Positions 16,612-27,300 of a stretch of 47,960 nt of DNA are shown here, piece after piece; positions within the stretch are counted from its first letter, which is position 1, and the number at the start of each line of letters is the position of its first letter. Under the pieces are notes generated by a model. The model had not been told where the DNA came from. It was given only the letters and a program-made list of their open reading frames with translations, and ran no database searches. A program made the position numbers and the translations under genes. The stretch comes from an uncultured Rhodobacter sp. (GTDB lineage Bacteria > Pseudomonadota > Alphaproteobacteria > Rhodobacterales > Rhodobacteraceae). Location of the stretch: the NCBI GenBank assembly GCA_964469075.1, contig CAYXXQ010000001.1, forward strand, positions 1-47,960. The letters run 5' to 3'.

Positions 16612-17232
16612 ATGGAATTCGCAGGAGCAGATCCTGATTTAAGGACTGTCTCGATCGCCTACGTGGATCGCAACGGGAAGATGGTAGGGTTCTTTCTCTA
16701 CCGGTACCCGTCGAAGGCAAAGGGTGTCCCAAGGGACGAACTGCTGAACTGGGGGGTACACACGGCCACTTTCTGCCGACACCCGGCGATGTTGGCTTTC
16801 GTAGAGTATCCCCAGATCACACCCAAGACGCCCAACCGTCAAAGCCTGGTAGAGCTGTCTGTCATCGCAGGCGCTCTGGCTGGGAACTTGGATGCCAGGT
16901 TGGCTCTGCCTATGCAGTGGAAAGGCTCGATCCCGAAGCACATCCACCAGGGACGGGTGTACGCCACCCAAGGATGGGACTTCAAGCAGGTAAAGGGTAA
17001 GAGTGAGAAATACTCATACCCGATCGGGGAAGCGTATCGGCAGCACCTGAACAGCTGCTGGACTATCATTGACGGAGATCTCATCGAAGCTGGAGTCGAA
17101 AAGAGTCTCCCAAATTCCGTTTGGAAGGATCTGGGAGACTCGTTAGGCTTGGCCGTTCACGCGCAATGTGTGTATGAGGTCGAGACTACGGAGCGTCTTC
17201 CAGGTCACCTGATATATCCCACTCGTCAGTAG
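16612..17232 (+). CDS. RuvC-like Holliday junction resolvase (206 aa from ATG 16612; tracked ORF starts at 16459)
   Basis: AGADPD (compare GIDPG), AFVEYPQ (compare AIEQVF) and DLGDSLGLAVHA (compare DAADALAIAITH) follow the order of the RuvC catalytic motifs. ATG lies 2 nt after the previous stop. Confidence 0.55.
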   Translation: MEFAGADPDLRTVSIAYVDRNGKMVGFFLYRYPSKAKGVPRDELLNWGVHTATFCRHPAMLAFVEYPQITPKTPNRQSLVELSVIAGALAGNLDARLALPMQWKGSIPKHIHQGRVYATQGWDFKQVKGKSEKYSYPIGEAYRQHLNSCWTIIDGDLIEAGVEKSLPNSVWKDLGDSLGLAVHAQCVYEVETTERLPGHLIYPTRQ

Positions 17233-17869
17233 CAACTTTCCGAAGCGTTACCGTCGAATACTGCGCCCTGACTTTCAGAGTCTCCGGGGTATTCACGGTA
17301 ACGCCGGAGCCGGCCGCCACAGTTACCTGCCCCACCCCTACCTGGATGACCGGGATCTCCGCGCCAACAGCAAACACCAAGCTGGAATCCGGGGGTACTG
17401 TAACCGTGATAGCGCTGGCATTCGATGCGCGCACATACGAGTACTCATCAGTCAGAGCCAGGGTGTAAGTTGTCCCTGTCTGGTCGTTGACAGTCCTGTT
17501 GTGGGGGTTGGCCCAAGTGCCATCGGCTCGCAGGAAGTGGTACGACGCGCCGGTCAGCTTGCGAAGCAGGCCATGCACGGAGGTCGACGCATCCAGATCC
17601 GTGTTGTCATCAGGTGCAGCCAGATCGTCGAGTTTTGAACTGGCAGCCACGTTTACCCAAGAAGAGCCGTTCGACACCATCAGGGCCGGGGGTGAGGACT
17701 GCACCACCACAAGGCAGTGTTCGAACGACGCGGCTGCCGGCAACGCACCTACCGTTGCTACCCGATAGATCGGAAATGCGCCGCCTACCAATAGGCCGAA
17801 GTTGGTGTTGACTTCGACTTCCCAGTTATTGAGACCTGAGAGAATTTCATCAAGTGTTGGACGTGCCAC
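17186..17869 (-). CDS. tail fibre / receptor-binding protein candidate (227 aa)
   Basis: This is the last gene of the tail operon. HGLLRKLTGASYHFLRADGTWANP resembles the common tail-fibre motif (fLrgDGtW). The N-terminus is loosely DUF2793-like. Confidence 0.5.
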   Translation of the reverse strand: MARPTLDEILSGLNNWEVEVNTNFGLLVGGAFPIYRVATVGALPAAASFEHCLVVVQSSPPALMVSNGSSWVNVAASSKLDDLAAPDDNTDLDASTSVHGLLRKLTGASYHFLRADGTWANPHNRTVNDQTGTTYTLALTDEYSYVRASNASAITVTVPPDSSLVFAVGAEIPVIQVGVGQVTVAAGSGVTVNTPETLKVRAQYSTVTLRKVATDEWDISGDLEDAP

Positions 17870-17881
17870 AGTTCGTACCCC

Positions 17882-20386
17882 TTATAGCTTCTCGAAAGAA
17901 CTCTCGTCGTATTCGCTTTCAAGCCCGTTCAAAGTGTTGACCAAGCGGATGAGGATTTCAGAAGGCTCCGACCCGAAATCAGATACCATATTGCCGTTGG
18001 AATATGTGTAGCTGTTGTCGTCCAGGGAACTCACGGTCCTCTTCAGTGTGGTGCCGGTAGAGTCATAGATTCTCAAGGTAAACGTACCTTCAGGCAGTAC
18101 AGGCTGTATCGCGGTACCGGCAGCTTGGAACCCGGCGCCGGAAGCTTTTTCAGAGGCGTTCCGAAATGACCACTTCAGATCGAGATCATTCCCTGCGTCC
18201 CAGCTGAGTAGGTTGTCAGACGAATTCAGGTTCTCGGGGGACATTGGTCGGTATCCGCTCCCCTGCATCGCTAGAGATGCTGTCGTGGCCACAGACTCAT
18301 TTATCGCATCGTTCCAGGTTTGCGGAATCGTTTTGATGGAGACCGTGTTTCCTGCTGCTAAGAAATCCCCTACGTACGGTACCAGGTACTTCTGATCGAA
18401 GATGAACACGTTTGACCCGGCCGCGTGCTCGACCTTTCTGGATCCAAACCTACCTCTGATTATCCCTTCCAATTGATAGGTAGTACTCGACAGGATAACT
18501 ATGTTTCTCAAGAACATGAATTCCCTATCGATCACACATAGCTGGTACCCGTTGCGCCATCCGGCTTCCGCTCCGGTGTAGTTGTCGACTTCATCCAGGT
18601 CGTCTCCAACCAGGGTGACCTCTGGGCCTTCCTCCTGTAGACTAAGCGCCGTGTCGCCTCCCATGGAGCTGTTCAACGTGCCTCCAAGGGAAATCATGCT
18701 GTTTGCCCCTAGATCATCATATGTCACTGAATCTAGGGAAAGGAGGATCGATGCCTCCGAGATTACTTTGGAGTCACGCACCCTGAATAGGTACGCTGCA
18801 AGGGTGTCAGGGCTTTGGTACCGGTTAGATTCAAGGAACGCGATAGCCGGATCAGGCTCAGCGACATCTAGGTCAAAACCTCCAGCGCCTATGGTATCAG
18901 GCAACCGTGAATTAAGACCATAGATATCCTGAATCGACGCAAGTTCAGCGTACCCCTCGTCAGGCTTCATGATGACACTCGTCAAGATGTACAATGGTAC
19001 AGTTCCCTCGATCCGGAACCGCTGACCGGGATACATCAACAGTGCCTCTCTGGAGGCTTTGAACTTCTGAGCAGACCCCCTACCGGAATCCTCCTGACTG
19101 CGTCTCTCAGATACGATCAGGGCAGTGTTCCAGTCACCTATGGTCGCCATCTGGACCTTTGCATCCTTTGGACTCTCCGAGTCGTCCAAAATACCTTCTG
19201 ATCCCCACACTACGGTCGTTTCTTTGAAGTTACGGTCCATGTCCGTAAACGTGTAGACAGTCCTTTCACAAGAATTTACGTAGTGGGATGTGATTGTCTC
19301 TGGTTCCCCAAACTCCAGTAGCCCGTAGGGAATGTCCGGAAAGGATTCCGACGATTCCCTGATCAAACTGAACTCAATAAGTCCAGTACTCGGGTTCCTA
19401 CCCTTCAGGATCCCAAAATCCTGCATGAGAGCGGCAACGCTAGCTTTCCAAGACTCCCCATTTTGAAGCATCAAGTGACATGGAGTACCCTCAGCATCTA
19501 CCGCTACCCCCACTGACGCCAGGCTATCGAGATCGAAGTGCCCTGTCGGTAGCTGCATCCCCCTCGGACTTGCAGAAAACAATATTTCCCGTAGGAGCGA
19601 CGCCGGATTGTAACCTTCCCCATTAGCCGTCATCCAGTCGTCGATGCCTGGTATAAGAGTCTCTGTAGGTTTGACTGTGATCTCGTAATCAATAGTAGGC
19701 CAAATAGGGGAATACCCTAGACGCCTCTTAATCCACACACCATAGCACACACCCCGCCATGCGGAGCTTATGTTGTAGTCGCTAGCTACGGTCGCTCTTT
19801 CCTGAACACTGGCTTTAGCCGATTTAAACGCCGGTATGCCTCCCCAAAACAATTCCTGAAATGATAACTGAGATGATATTAGTTGTTGATAATCGGTATT
19901 CGATATATGAGATACTCTCAACTCTGATGGTATATCTTGTGTGAGCGTTCCCCAGTATAAGTGAAAAGTCCCCCCTTTACCTAGATCTATGACGGCTTTG
20001 TCAGGATTGCTATCCCTTGTTACTTCCCCCTCCCAGATTACTTCCCCATTTGCCCATATCTTCGTTAGGGAATACGCAGGCCCGACACACAGGAAGTGGA
20101 GGGCATTCTCGTTATAGATGGTAACCTTGGAACTTTTCTTGCTACCACCTTTCTTCCCTCCACTGCCAGACTTTTCTTTCGTTATCACCCTATCCCCTAC
20201 CCACCCTATGATAGCCCCGATCCTCTTTTTTCCCTTCAAAATTGGGATCATATTCCCGCGTGTGGAAGATGTCGTTGCCTTATCGTCGTTGAGCGTTGGC
20301 TCTTTTTGGTCCTTCCTGAGAAGCATCCCAGCCATGAGAGACAAGGCTTGAATGACAATGAAAGTTATTACCTTACCGATAAACAT
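17882..20386 (-). CDS. host-specificity / central tail fibre protein, RcGTA g15-like (834 aa)
   Basis: The N-terminus has IPILKGKKRIGAIIGWVGDRV...SGGKKGGSKKSSKVTIYNENALHFLCVGP...KIWANGEVIW, the pattern I associate with GTA g15/gpJ-like proteins. The gene follows the NlpC/P60 gene with a TAATG overlap. Confidence 0.7.
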   Translation of the reverse strand: MFIGKVITFIVIQALSLMAGMLLRKDQKEPTLNDDKATTSSTRGNMIPILKGKKRIGAIIGWVGDRVITKEKSGSGGKKGGSKKSSKVTIYNENALHFLCVGPAYSLTKIWANGEVIWEGEVTRDSNPDKAVIDLGKGGTFHLYWGTLTQDIPSELRVSHISNTDYQQLISSQLSFQELFWGGIPAFKSAKASVQERATVASDYNISSAWRGVCYGVWIKRRLGYSPIWPTIDYEITVKPTETLIPGIDDWMTANGEGYNPASLLREILFSASPRGMQLPTGHFDLDSLASVGVAVDAEGTPCHLMLQNGESWKASVAALMQDFGILKGRNPSTGLIEFSLIRESSESFPDIPYGLLEFGEPETITSHYVNSCERTVYTFTDMDRNFKETTVVWGSEGILDDSESPKDAKVQMATIGDWNTALIVSERRSQEDSGRGSAQKFKASREALLMYPGQRFRIEGTVPLYILTSVIMKPDEGYAELASIQDIYGLNSRLPDTIGAGGFDLDVAEPDPAIAFLESNRYQSPDTLAAYLFRVRDSKVISEASILLSLDSVTYDDLGANSMISLGGTLNSSMGGDTALSLQEEGPEVTLVGDDLDEVDNYTGAEAGWRNGYQLCVIDREFMFLRNIVILSSTTYQLEGIIRGRFGSRKVEHAAGSNVFIFDQKYLVPYVGDFLAAGNTVSIKTIPQTWNDAINESVATTASLAMQGSGYRPMSPENLNSSDNLLSWDAGNDLDLKWSFRNASEKASGAGFQAAGTAIQPVLPEGTFTLRIYDSTGTTLKRTVSSLDDNSYTYSNGNMVSDFGSEPSEILIRLVNTLNGLESEYDESSFEKL

Positions 20387-20916
20387 TACCAGTTATCCTT
20401 CCCCATAGGGCGTAACACTTGCTTGAACGAGTAGACCCCGTACTCCATGAAAGAGCACCCAGCCTTCACCACACTGAAAGTCGTAGCGTGATACATCGTC
20501 CCAGGAACCGCCCCTACAACCATTCCATGCCCGAGGGTTCCCAATAGCGGACCACAGCACACCAGATCCCCTGGTTCCACACCATACGATCCGTCAGCAT
20601 TCGCCTCGATCTCAGTACTGGGGTAATGCTTCAAGAGCAAGTCGTAGATTCCCTTTGACTGTTTGTGGTCGGTCAAACAACAATCTTGAGCTATCAGGGG
20701 GAACTTTATGTAGGGTTGCTGGAACATGTCATCCATCACCCCGGTAACAAATCGTATGCAGTCTACCCCTACACCTTTGACTTGTTGCCCGAGGCCATAA
20801 GGTGTGTTGTTCCAACCATCCAACACCGATTTAAGACGATTGACATAACTGGCTTCTACTTCCGGCCAGCGGAAATCCATCGACCTCATTGATCGTTTCA
20901 GCGGCGTACGCATCAT
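20386..20916 (-). CDS. NlpC/P60-type cell-wall peptidase, tail-associated (176 aa from ATG 20916; tracked ORF starts at 21006)
   Basis: A Cys motif (GVGVDCIRFV) and a His motif (GTLGHGMVVG) are present. ATG 20916 overlaps the upstream stop (ATGA). The position matches GTA g14 / lambda gpK-like genes. Confidence 0.7.
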   Translation of the reverse strand: MMRTPLKRSMRSMDFRWPEVEASYVNRLKSVLDGWNNTPYGLGQQVKGVGVDCIRFVTGVMDDMFQQPYIKFPLIAQDCCLTDHKQSKGIYDLLLKHYPSTEIEANADGSYGVEPGDLVCCGPLLGTLGHGMVVGAVPGTMYHATTFSVVKAGCSFMEYGVYSFKQVLRPMGKDNW

Positions 20917-21695
20917 ATGGTCTCCGATAGCGGGGAATACGGAACCATCTTGTATCCACACCCCAAGAAGTTGATCTCGTTGTTGTAGGCTAGGCAGGAT
21001 TCCCAAGATTTATCACACCCTTGAATAAGCGTGACTTCTTGCCCTGCCATAGCCGCAGGAGGGGGCTGCACTAGAGTTAAGACACTTCCGGATTCCCACT
21101 TTTTGATCGTGAAATTCATACCGGCATACCGAAGTTTTCCCCTCCCGTATTGGTCGTCACTTGTTACGTGGGGTCGCGAGATGGTTACTTTGTTACCAGC
21201 GACCACTGAGCAAGTAACTGTTTCTTCCAAAAGAATCATCCGACACCCAATATCACCAAACACTCTCATACACTGGGCGTTACATGAAATCCCTGCAGGT
21301 TTGTCGAAGTAGCTGCACACGTCCCGGTACGTCAAACGAGTTACCCCGAACTGATTTTTTGGGTTCCTGGTTGCGATGTACAAGTACCCGATGTCGATCA
21401 GGTACACGTCATCGTCAAATTTCCCAAACACCTTGATCTCAGTTTTTGGCGAGACAGTCCCGTCTGTCAGTCGGGTGAGTATGACATCCTCGTCGCTGGA
21501 GATATCAATAGTGCCCTCAGACTCCTCCAGATCTGTAGTAGATGGTGCCAGGGTGATCTCCATCCCAGACACTGGGGAGTATGTGTCGCCGTCGTAAACG
21601 ATCTCTTCATCGCTGGACGTCCAGAAGGCACCTGTCTCGCTATTTGACATCTTGACAAGGTAGTAGAATTCGTACCCTGGATCATGTATCGACAT
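20913..21695 (-). CDS. DUF2163 / BR0599-like tail hub protein (260 aa), RcGTA g13-like
   Basis: FWTSSDEEIVYDGDTYSPVSGMEI parallels the (TDHD..l.fdG..f....G) start of DUF2163. The C-terminal CNAQCMRVFGDIGC matches the C...GD..C BR0599 motif from memory. Confidence 0.55.
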   Translation of the reverse strand: MSIHDPGYEFYYLVKMSNSETGAFWTSSDEEIVYDGDTYSPVSGMEITLAPSTTDLEESEGTIDISSDEDVILTRLTDGTVSPKTEIKVFGKFDDDVYLIDIGYLYIATRNPKNQFGVTRLTYRDVCSYFDKPAGISCNAQCMRVFGDIGCRMILLEETVTCSVVAGNKVTISRPHVTSDDQYGRGKLRYAGMNFTIKKWESGSVLTLVQPPPAAMAGQEVTLIQGCDKSWESCLAYNNEINFLGCGYKMVPYSPLSETI

Positions 21696-21710
21696 CCCAA
21701 TACTCCTGCC

Positions 21711-23429
21711 CTAGATGGTGATTGTCGCTTCTTCCAGTGTCTCTATCAGACTCACATCGACCGTCGCTATGGATCGAGTAACCCAAGATTCCGACATTTC
21801 ATCAGACGCAAACCGTACCAGAGATCCGAATCCTGATCTGGTGACATCCAACAGTGATTCTAATATGGTGCCAGTTACCGTAAAAGTCATCCTATCGGTA
21901 ACACTATCATACGTAGCGCTGGATATCGGGTAGAACGACGTGCCTGTACTGGTCTGCAAATATACAAACTGGGAGACGGCTTCCGCCAACACCGAAGAGT
22001 CCGTCCAAGACTCCACCACAACCGTAGATGTTCCGACTGATACTAGGACGAAGGGCGCGTAGTCCGGCATATACCAAAACGATTCCAGCCTGCCCTTGGC
22101 CAGCTCAAAGAATCCCCCCAAGCGCCAGATCTCCGCACGACTGTTGAGAGATAGCTCAAGGTCATAGGATAGCGCAGGCCGGTCCCCTTTTGGCACGAAG
22201 ATGCTGTTGGCTCCGAGAGTGTGGTCTTCCCCGTACATCTTGGACGAGATCCCGTAGCCTGACTTCCAGTTGTGATCAAAATCGAAGATCATCTTTCCGC
22301 CATATTGATCGATGGTGCTAGGCACCGAATCGTAGCGGGCTGGGAGTCTTGTGGCTCCTGGTTTTTCAGTCGCTGAGTACTCCATGTCGGCGTTTGTCCA
22401 GTGGTTCATTGTCACGCCTGATTCCACAGTATACTTGGCGAGGTAACCAGGGAAGATCTTATCCCCGGCATGGATTGTAGCGGAGCTGAACGACTCTTGA
22501 ACGATAACGTGATCGGAGTACACGGCAGTAATCGTGAAGGGGATGGCGGCCTTTTGTAGAGAATCTCCGGACAAAACGACAACATAGCCCCCAACGAAGA
22601 AGCGCTTGTACTCGGTATCGATGTTGATCTGCCTGGCCGAGACGTCGACAGAATCGACCTCGGTCAGATCGCAGTATATGATCGCTGGGTATTCTTTGGT
22701 AGCGATACGATTAAGAGCTGCTACCATGCCCCTAGTCGTTCCCTCGTCTTGGGCACGGAAAGATGCCGTGCTTGACCTCTTGGGCCGTTTCCTGGTGCCC
22801 GTACGGCTTTCTGCTGATGTTCCAGCCAGGAACAATGACGTAACGAAGCTACTCGACAGCTCAAAGGACTCCAGCCAGTTGTGTTGGAAGATTGGATACA
22901 CAAGTCGCAGACCGTCTACTGTGACATCTGCGACATCGGCGCCTGTGATGATCCAGATGTAGGATGTGTCGACAACAGCAGGCCCGTCCTTATCTACGAC
23001 TATCGTGTACTTGAAGCTGCCGTAGGGATCGAAATCGAAGGGGACATCAGTAGGCCCAGTCCCTATCTCCACACCCTCGACATCACCTGAGATGCTGGTG
23101 CACGTCTTCTTTTCTCGGTACGTGCTCCAAACTTCAACGTCTTCAGTGGCCGTCCCCAAGATCCTGTCGAGCGATATCGACGTGGGGTCTACGATAATCC
23201 TATCGTACAGGGCCTCCCCAAGACCTTCGTATACGGCTCCGGACAACTCATCGCTGCCGATATCAGGATTGGTGTGCGCCAGATCCCCGGATTCAGTATC
23301 GGGAAGAACCCACCCCCCACTCAGGTAAGGCGCAGCCTCTGATACGTTGACCACGTTGGACGACATAACTGATGCGTCCAACGCAGGCGATATCAACGAA
23401 TGTGCAATTGTCCCTGACAGGCTCGCCAT
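21711..23429 (-). CDS. distal tail protein candidate with a DUF2460-like C-terminal part (572 aa)
   Basis: The gene lies immediately upstream of the g13-like gene. EIWRLGGFFELAKGRLESFWYMPDYAP resembles the (ffeArrG....FrwkDw.Dy) segment of GTA g12. The protein is much longer than g12. Confidence 0.4.
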   Translation of the reverse strand: MASLSGTIAHSLISPALDASVMSSNVVNVSEAAPYLSGGWVLPDTESGDLAHTNPDIGSDELSGAVYEGLGEALYDRIIVDPTSISLDRILGTATEDVEVWSTYREKKTCTSISGDVEGVEIGTGPTDVPFDFDPYGSFKYTIVVDKDGPAVVDTSYIWIITGADVADVTVDGLRLVYPIFQHNWLESFELSSSFVTSLFLAGTSAESRTGTRKRPKRSSTASFRAQDEGTTRGMVAALNRIATKEYPAIIYCDLTEVDSVDVSARQINIDTEYKRFFVGGYVVVLSGDSLQKAAIPFTITAVYSDHVIVQESFSSATIHAGDKIFPGYLAKYTVESGVTMNHWTNADMEYSATEKPGATRLPARYDSVPSTIDQYGGKMIFDFDHNWKSGYGISSKMYGEDHTLGANSIFVPKGDRPALSYDLELSLNSRAEIWRLGGFFELAKGRLESFWYMPDYAPFVLVSVGTSTVVVESWTDSSVLAEAVSQFVYLQTSTGTSFYPISSATYDSVTDRMTFTVTGTILESLLDVTRSGFGSLVRFASDEMSESWVTRSIATVDVSLIETLEEATITI

Positions 23430-24352
23430 TACAACACCTTCTTGAACGCATATGCGATACCCGCATCAGTAGGGACAGGGTATGCATAGGTACCTGTTGC
23501 CTGGAACACCATGTACGTATCTGCCCCGAGGATCATCTCGCGCCCCTGAGTGTCGTTGAGGCCGTTGTACAGGGCCAGAGAGTCCTCCAGTGCCCCGAGG
23601 GCGTTCAGGTACCCAGACCCCGCATCAGACAGTATCTCTGGAACAACCAAAGCCCGACCTCCGGAAAAGCTATCCACTCCATGCAAGAGCATCGGATAGT
23701 TGAGACCGAAAGCAGATTGGAAGTGTGACTCGCTGGGTGATGCCTGACCGAATCCGGTACGCGCCCAGTATTTCCAGGTGCTGTTGTGATAGATAGCACT
23801 GGCGCAGCTGGCGTACCCCGTAGAGTTTGCCAATCCGGCATTGAGAAAGTGCAACGGAAGCAGATATGCTGGGGATGTCCCGGACGCCTTCATTGATAGG
23901 CTACCACTGTACCAGATGTCCCCCTTGTTCGTCTCCCCAAATGCCAAGAAGTTCCAGTGGCCGCCAGAACTGAGGACGGCCATTCCGTGTGTATCACCGT
24001 CAATGAAGAAGTGGTATTCTTCAGCATCTGTGAGATCGAACGTCTGAGCGAATCTGTTGTACGTCAGAGTGGATGCGCCGGGTTGCTCGTACCACCCCAA
24101 CCCAGACGAATAACTCGTACCGAGGTTCATGCAGATTCCGTCTACAGCAGTCTCTGACAGTCCGAAATTGTCACCAGTCGTGCGGGAACGCATGTTGAGG
24201 AATAGGCTACCCTTGTGGGCATGGAATCGATAGCCGTTTCCATCTACAGCCAAGTTATCCTGAGTCCACCCATTAGTCGTCAGAAATATTGACCAGGCTA
24301 TCAACAGAGAGTCCTGACTAGCAACGGATGCTGTATTCGTTTGATATGCCAT
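23429..24352 (-). CDS. tail-associated structural protein, unknown family (307 aa)
   Basis: The ORF is tightly packed in the tail operon, with a 1-nt overlap with the next gene. It may be a paralog of the terminal domains of the 1154-aa protein. Confidence 0.45.
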   Translation of the reverse strand: MAYQTNTASVASQDSLLIAWSIFLTTNGWTQDNLAVDGNGYRFHAHKGSLFLNMRSRTTGDNFGLSETAVDGICMNLGTSYSSGLGWYEQPGASTLTYNRFAQTFDLTDAEEYHFFIDGDTHGMAVLSSGGHWNFLAFGETNKGDIWYSGSLSMKASGTSPAYLLPLHFLNAGLANSTGYASCASAIYHNSTWKYWARTGFGQASPSESHFQSAFGLNYPMLLHGVDSFSGGRALVVPEILSDAGSGYLNALGALEDSLALYNGLNDTQGREMILGADTYMVFQATGTYAYPVPTDAGIAYAFKKVL

Positions 24353-24358
24353 AACTCT

Positions 24359-27300
24359 CTACCTCTTGATTGCGCAGTACAGCTGTAGGGTCTCGGCCGG
24401 GAACACGTCGTAAACGTCGGTTCCTACCGTCACTGTGTCTTCGGCCGATACCCCAAACGGAGGAATGAAGTACATCCCCTCCAGTTGGCCGAACACCTTT
24501 CCGTCCGTGATCAATGTGGCTGCCATCAGGTCGTACACCGAGGACTCGTCCGGCTTGAGTATAGGGCCCAACTCGGTCAAATCGGAAGAGTCATACTGCA
24601 CGTTCCAAGGCCACACTGAAACCCGACCTGTATCTGGGTGATCTCCTATCGGAAGCCAAGTAGTGTATCTCAGGTAAGCGTTCGACGCAGACTCCCCAGG
24701 GTAACCGTTGTAGAAGCAGGCTCCGAGGTGTTCTGAGATAATCTGACTCAACGACGATGCTCCGACGTACATCGGATATGGGTTCCCCGTCACGGGGCTC
24801 AGGGGAGAATCGTTGCTGTAGTACAGCCCCGAGTACCCGACTTCATATCGCATATTGGGACGAGCTACAGTCACGATAGACCGACCCGATATGTACAGCC
24901 AGTACTCATAGGAGTTGTTGTTGACCAGGCGGTACAGAGGTCGGTATGTCTGGCTTACTTGGTACATCGATCCGGGTTGGAGCCAGAAGGTTTGAGCACT
25001 CTCGTATCCCGTGTAGCCCTCGGCATAAAGCCCGAACCTGCCGTTCGTGACGTCTGTGTATGTCCGGAATCCGATGTAAACATCATCCGTCCCATCGCTG
25101 CCGGGTCCTTTAAGTATCAGCTCCGATTCGGTATCCAGTACGAATTCGAAGATTTTGGAGTTTATCCCCTCTGCAATAAACAGTGTCGATCCTCCCGGAT
25201 CGAGGGCTATGCCCGATGGTGCCATGGTGTACGAGCTGAGGTCGAAATACTCAGAACCGTAACTCGCCGTAGTGATATCCCAAGCTGTCGTTAGATCGTA
25301 CTGGTAGGCGTAGTCGTTGTCCTGACCACAAATGATGAAGCGCATGCCGTCGTCGGTGAACACAAGGTTGTACATGTCTGTGTCTTCACTGGACATGTCG
25401 AACATCGACACGTAGCTGGCGGTGGACAGGTCCCAAGGTGTCGATAGTGTGTACCTTGCCAGGGTGGCTGTTGTCCCGACCCTCACCACGAACATCTCAG
25501 TGCCGTCCGGACTAAAACAGATCCCCTGAGGGACCGTGGTTAAGTAGGAAACATCCAAGGACACGACCCCGACAGCGGTGGCTGAGGTGAGATCATAGGC
25601 TGACGATAATGGGTACTGATAGACGTATTTAGTAGAGGCGCCAGCCACGTACATCTTGGTGCCGTCGTCGTTGAACGCCACGCCGTTCGGAGTGGCGTCT
25701 TGGGCAGAGACATCGAATTCAGCAATCGCGACACTAGTAGCGGTCCTTAGATCATAGGCGGAGCAAGCATACTCGACTACAGCCGTTGACGAAACGAAAA
25801 AGGTAACAGCCGTGCCGTCTGAATTATACGCGAGGTCTCGAATAGTCGCCGTAGGTAGGGATAGGTATACTGTTATTGATCCTACACTATACGCTAGCAT
25901 CCAAGCATAGTGCAAAGTGTGCGTTCGAACTCTATTGCTAGAGCCCACGATCCCAAGCTGCGTTCCTGTTGGATCGAATGCGAAGCTTTTAACACCTATA
26001 GAGGTTGCAAGGGCGTCCGTGTAAGACATCGTGCTTATATCCCAAGCCGTCGAAAGCTCCCAGTGAAAGATAGTCGACCAATTAGAAACGTAGACGTGTG
26101 TGCCGTCAGAACTAAGAGCTAATCCCCTATAACTGCTGCTTACAGTAGCTTGGGTGGTTACGAGTGTGGCCGTTCCAAGCGTCCAGGGGGATGTTAAAGA
26201 ATATTCTTCTATGTACCCTCCACTAAGGTACTTAGATACATACAGCTTCGTCCCATCTGGATTGAAGAAGCAATCGCCGATAGTCCCAGATGCCAACACC
26301 AATGAATCTCCGCCGTATGTCGCCGTTGATGCTACCCAAGGAGCCCCCAACTCATATCGGAAAATCGTGTCTGGGGTACCATCACACAAGAACATGTACT
26401 TGCCGTTCGCACTGAAGTGTATCCCTTGCGCATCAGAACACTGGGCCGTAGGGTCGTACTCTTTCGCGTCGTAATAAGCACTAGCAATGCGCCAAGGCAC
26501 TTCCATGTCCAACATGCGCACGTATCCATCGGTTACGTCGGTCAGAAACACTTCTTCCCCGTCTGGATTGAACGCCATCCCTACCAATCCCGTACCGGAG
26601 ATAGCATCCGAGGCATCGACCTCCTTCGTATCTTGCCAAAGGGTAGAAACATCCCAATCCGTAGACATGGCAAGCTGATAAATGGTATCGTCGTCCGGGT
26701 CCATCACATACCAGATATCGCCGGTAGCATTGGCTTTCATAAAGACTGGATTGCCCCATCCGAAATCGACAATCGACGATTTTTCCCCGTATGAAATTGT
26801 TGAAATATCTCCCGGAGTAGCTACAGGATACCGGTACAGGGTATCGGCAGTACTGCTGTAGAAAAAGGCATCATCCAAGTCAGAGCTCAGCACCATGGAT
26901 CGACAATACGCCACATCTGCATAGGCCCCTTGTTTCGATGTGTAACTCCCAGTAGACAGGTCGTACGGGGTAGTCATGGAGTACTGGGCAACGATGTTGT
27001 TCGTACTGGACGTCACGTACAGATTGGATCCCGTATCGTCGAAAACCAGATCCGATCCTGTAGTCGTCAGCTCTGTAGCCACACTGAGCGTCTTTGACGC
27101 ATACGTGGCCGTGCTCAGGCCCCAGGCGACGGTCATCGTGTATTGGTACACGACCCCCCCAGTACCCACCACGTACATACCCAACCCGTCCGGGCTGAAC
27201 GCCAACCCTTGAGGGCTGGTTGTTTGTCCCGAGGTATCAAAAGACGCCGTATCGTACGTAGCGGAATCTATATATCCCGCACGACTCAGCGTGTAAGAAT

